Shown: positions 60,512-63,687 of the stretch, one piece after another
How positions within the stretch are numbered: position 1 is the stretch's first letter
Layout of the letters: every line of letters begins with the position of its first letter
NCBI GenBank assembly: GCA_963655595.1
Contig: CAVKGN010000001.1
Coordinates: 1-63,687, forward strand
Direction of reading: 5' to 3'
From: an uncultured Oscillospiraceae bacterium
GTDB lineage: Bacteria; Bacteroidota; Bacteroidia; Bacteroidales; Bacteroidaceae
DNA length: 63,687 nucleotides
Notes under the pieces: generated by a model
What the model was told of the DNA's origin: nothing
Databases searched by the model: none
The model's input: only the letters and a program-made list of their open reading frames with translations
Program-made: the position numbers and the translations under genes

Positions 60512-61795
60512 ATGGTAGATGAAAAAGTCATTATGCAAGTGCTCGCAGAGCAGTGCGACTATGTAAGAGACTATGAGCCGAAACAGTGGGTGAAGCGGTA
60601 TGAAGAGAGCCTTTTTGAACTTGACAGCCCATTGGCACAGGTGGTTGTAGGCGTGAGGCGGAGCGGAAAGTCTACGCTCTGCCACAAAGTGTTGCTGGAA
60701 AGCGGTGTGACATACGGCTATGCAAACTTTGACGACGACCGCTTGGCAAAACTTCAAACCGAAGATCTCAACACTGTCCTTTCGTGCATTTATCAAGTGT
60801 ACGGCGTTGACGTTAAGTGTATATTCCTTGACGAGGTGCAGAACGTGGAAGGGTGGCATTTGTTTGTCAACCGACTTTTGCGTGCGGGAATGCGCATTGT
60901 GGTAACAGGTAGCAATGCCCGCCTACTCAGTGGCGAACTTGCCACGCATCTTACCGGACGGTACAACGAAATTAGGCTATTCCCGTTCTCGTTTAGCGAA
61001 TACTGCCACTACCATCATGTGAACACTGATGGGGTGACTACCAAGGCGGAAGCCGAAAGAAAACGCGCCTTCATGACGTATATAGCTGATGGCGGCTTTC
61101 CTGAGATGCAAGGGTTGACAAACAAGCGCAGCTATGTGCAAAGTCTTATAGAAGCCATTGTAAGTAAAGACATCAAACGGCGCTTCAATATCCGCAATGT
61201 GGATGCTTTGCGAAAGATAGCCAATCACCTTATCAACAACGTGTGTCAGGAAGTGAACTATGACAACTTGTCCCAATTGTTGAGCCTGACAGGCGTAACG
61301 GCAAAAAACTATGTAGATTACCTACGTCAGGCGTTCCTTATACAGTTACTCCCCAAGCATTCGTTCAAGAGCAAAGACCGCATCAGGAACTCCAAAGCCT
61401 ACATTGTTGATCCAGGATTGCAGAATAACCGAGAAAACGCCTTTGCAGCTGAAAACGTAGGTTGGCGGCTGGAGAATGTAGTCTACATAGAACTCCTGCG
61501 TCGCTGTGCGTATAACTTCATGGACATCTTTTACTTCAAGGAAACGCCGCGGTCGAAGGAGGTGGACTTCGTAGTTTGCAATCAGGACAAAGCCGTGGAA
61601 CTTATCCAGGTGGCTTACGACATAGACAACGACCGGACGTTCAAGCGAGAGACCACCTCGCTTGTCAACGCTTCATCAGCTCTTCGCTGTGATAAACTTA
61701 CGCTGATAGCCTTTGCACCTACACGCTGTGTAGAAGTTGGCGATAAACGTATTCAAGTTGTTTCCGCAATAGAATGGCTGCTGCAAAGGAGCTAA
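60512..61795 (+). CDS. AAA_14 ATPase with DUF4143 and a PD-(D/E)XK-like C-terminus
   Basis: GVRRSGKS Walker A, FLDEVQ Walker B, VTGSNA..LTGR, GGFP, K.Y..DPG, ENVV, EVDFV..LIQV. Confidence 0.9.
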   Translation: MVDEKVIMQVLAEQCDYVRDYEPKQWVKRYEESLFELDSPLAQVVVGVRRSGKSTLCHKVLLESGVTYGYANFDDDRLAKLQTEDLNTVLSCIYQVYGVDVKCIFLDEVQNVEGWHLFVNRLLRAGMRIVVTGSNARLLSGELATHLTGRYNEIRLFPFSFSEYCHYHHVNTDGVTTKAEAERKRAFMTYIADGGFPEMQGLTNKRSYVQSLIEAIVSKDIKRRFNIRNVDALRKIANHLINNVCQEVNYDNLSQLLSLTGVTAKNYVDYLRQAFLIQLLPKHSFKSKDRIRNSKAYIVDPGLQNNRENAFAAENVGWRLENVVYIELLRRCAYNFMDIFYFKETPRSKEVDFVVCNQDKAVELIQVAYDIDNDRTFKRETTSLVNASSALRCDKLTLIAFAPTRCVEVGDKRIQVVSAIEWLLQRS

Positions 61796-61904
61796 CGGGG
61801 GTGGGGGAGGTAGATCACCATTTTCCCTCATCCCTCCTAAATGCTATGTAAGCCGTGCAATGTTTGCAGTTATTACAAAAAGGTTAAAAAAGCGTGCGGG
61901 CTTA

Positions 61905-61936
61905 TTTGCTTTTCTATACGCTAAGGCGTACCTTTG
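61905..61936 (+). promoter_or_regulatory. Sigma-A promoter (TTTG-N20-TACCTTTG) for pflB
   Basis: Canonical boxes about 280 bp upstream of the start codon. Confidence 0.65.
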
Positions 61937-62215
61937 CACAAGGTAAAAGGACAAGTTTACCCTTTTTTAATGCGCCGCTTCCGGCTGAGAATATGCGCAA
62001 GGCCAGTGATTGTCATGGGGCTTACGCTGCAAGGAAACGGCGTTGTGCGGAAGGAAACACAACACTTCGGCATTCAGCTTACTCACATTCGAAAAAATCA
62101 AACGCCGAGACAGGGCGTGCCACACGGAAAGGCTCTCTGCGCACAGAGCGGAGAACTTTGCCGCGACGAGGCTGCACGTGTTTTGGCAATTATCTAACTC
62201 TAAACCCGTTCAATA

Positions 62216-63687
62216 ATGAATTTCATTGAAGGACTTTGGACAACGCAAATCAATGTGTCCGATTTCGTAAAGCGCAACATCACTCCCTATGAGGGCGACG
62301 CCTCGTTCCTCGTTGGGCCTACGGAGCGCACGCGCAAACTGTGGGACATCTGCTTGCAGGCACTCGAGGAAGAGCGTGCCAACGGCGGCGTTCGTTCGCT
62401 CGACCCCGACACCGTTTCGACCATCACCTCGCACAAGGCTGGATACATTGACAAGGAAAACGAACTCATCGTGGGCCTTCAGACCGACGAGCTGCTCAAG
62501 CGCGCCATCAAGCCGTTCGGCGGCATCAAGGTGGTTGAGAAGGCTTGCGCACAGCAGGGTCACCCCGTCAACGAGAAGGTAAAGGACATATTCACCCACT
62601 ACCGCAAGACCCACAACGACGGTGTGTTCGACGTATATACGGAAGAAATCCGCCGTTTCCGCTCACTGGGCTTCCTTACTGGTCTGCCCGACAACTACGC
62701 CCGCGGTCGTGTGATTGGCGACTACCGTCGTCTGGCCGTTTACGGCATTGACCGACTCATCGAGGCTAAGGAGGCCGACAAGAAGGCTATTGGTAGCCCC
62801 ATGACCGACGCACGCATCCGTCTGCGCGAGGAAGTGGCCGAGCAGATTAAGGCTTTGAAGGAAATCAAGGTGATGGGCGAATACTACGGTCTGGAACTCG
62901 GTCGCCCCGCACAGAGCGCACAGGAAGCCGTTCAGTGGGTGTACATGGCCTACCTCGCTGCCGTGAAGGAGCAGGACGGTGCCGCTATGTCGCTCGGTAA
63001 CGTATCTTCGTTCCTCGACATCTACATTGAGCACGACCTCAAGCACAACCTCATCGACGAGACTTTCGCTCAGGAACTCATCGACCAGTTCGTGATGAAG
63101 CTCCGCATGGTGCGCCACCTGCGTATGGATGCTTACAACGAAATCTTTGCCGGCGACCCCACCTGGGTGACCGAATCGCTCGGCGGCCGCTTCAACGACG
63201 GTACGCTCAAGGTGACGAAGACCTCGTTCCGCTTCCTGCAAACGCTCTACAACCTCGGTCCGTCGCCCGAACCCAACCTCACCGTTCTGTGGAGCCCCGA
63301 GCTGCCCGAGGGTTGGAAGGAATTCTGCGCCAAGGTGAGCGTGGACACTTCGTCCATCCAGTACGAGAACGATACCCTTATGCGCGAGGTTCGCGGCGAG
63401 GACGACTACGGTATTGCCTGCTGCGTGTCCTACCAGGCCATCGGTAAGCAAATTCAGTTCTTCGGTGCGCGCTGCAACCTGGCAAAGGCTCTCTTGCTCG
63501 CCATCAACGGCGGTCGCTGCGAGAAGACTGGTACCGTGATGCTCGAAGGCATTCCCACCCTCACCTCCGACACACTCAACTACGACGAGGTGTTGAAGAA
63601 CTACAAGCTCGTGCTTAAGCAGATTGCCCGCATCTACAACGACGCGATGAACATCATCCACTACATGCACGACAAGTACTACTACGA
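62216..63687 (+). CDS. pflB: Pyruvate formate-lyase (formate C-acetyltransferase), truncated by the window end
   Basis: Translated by eye: MNFIEGLWTTQINVSDFVKRNITPYEGDASFL.., RKTHNDGVFD, GLPDNYARGRVIGDYRR, YGIACCVS active-site Cys-Cys; not in the ORF track because there is no stop in the window. Confidence 0.96.
   Translation, partial: MNFIEGLWTTQINVSDFVKRNITPYEGDASFLVGPTERTRKLWDICLQALEEERANGGVRSLDPDTVSTITSHKAGYIDKENELIVGLQTDELLKRAIKPFGGIKVVEKACAQQGHPVNEKVKDIFTHYRKTHNDGVFDVYTEEIRRFRSLGFLTGLPDNYARGRVIGDYRRLAVYGIDRLIEAKEADKKAIGSPMTDARIRLREEVAEQIKALKEIKVMGEYYGLELGRPAQSAQEAVQWVYMAYLAAVKEQDGAAMSLGNVSSFLDIYIEHDLKHNLIDETFAQELIDQFVMKLRMVRHLRMDAYNEIFAGDPTWVTESLGGRFNDGTLKVTKTSFRFLQTLYNLGPSPEPNLTVLWSPELPEGWKEFCAKVSVDTSSIQYENDTLMREVRGEDDYGIACCVSYQAIGKQIQFFGARCNLAKALLLAINGGRCEKTGTVMLEGIPTLTSDTLNYDEVLKNYKLVLKQIARIYNDAMNIIHYMHDKYYY

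Noticed and set aside
60222..61840. Target-site duplication or terminal repeats flanking the AAA_14 cassette (CTCATCCCT near 60226 and 61827)
   Set aside because: A short low-complexity pyrimidine match that could be chance; no transposase or integrase is present.
61937..62215. ZMP/ZTP (pfl) riboswitch upstream of pflB or purH
   Set aside because: Expected from gene context, but I could not find the GACUGGCG/CGCCUGGG-type pseudoknot signature in either leader.

Overview
Chromosomal, mostly housekeeping window from a Bacteroidota genome, most likely Prevotellaceae (inferred from repeated TAnnTTTG -7 promoter boxes, a Rho with a long N-terminal insertion, a PG1828-like lipoprotein, an IMP-cyclohydrolase-only purH and overall gene content). 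In order it encodes: an alpha/beta hydrolase, an O/P-type porin, rho, a FadL-like OMP, an AraC regulator, dapF-dapL-glnA(type III), purH(IMPCH)-mreBCD-mrdA-rodA, cstA, addA, a PiT phosphate transporter, a nucleoside MFS permease, rsmE, an ABC transporter, an APH/RapZ-C fusion, a four-subunit 2-oxoacid:ferredoxin oxidoreductase, pheT, yebC, pgk, several secreted or TPR proteins, a DUF4160/DUF2442 toxin-antitoxin-like pair, gdhA, an AAA_14/DUF4143 ATPase and the truncated start of pflB (absent from the ORF track). I found no rRNA, tRNA, transposase or canonical CRISPR array. The most interesting signals are non-coding. (1) Four 24-bp repeats at an exact 32-bp period lie just upstream of the promoter of the AAA_14/DUF4143 ATPase-nuclease-like gene, a candidate uncharacterised protein-plus-cognate-array module. 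(2) A ~90-bp element with four CGTACG cores at a 22-bp period occurs twice, about 40.5 kb apart. (3) Other intergenic arrays have 21-23-bp periods, so all arrays are close to helical phase. All calls come from reading motifs by eye; no database searches were run.
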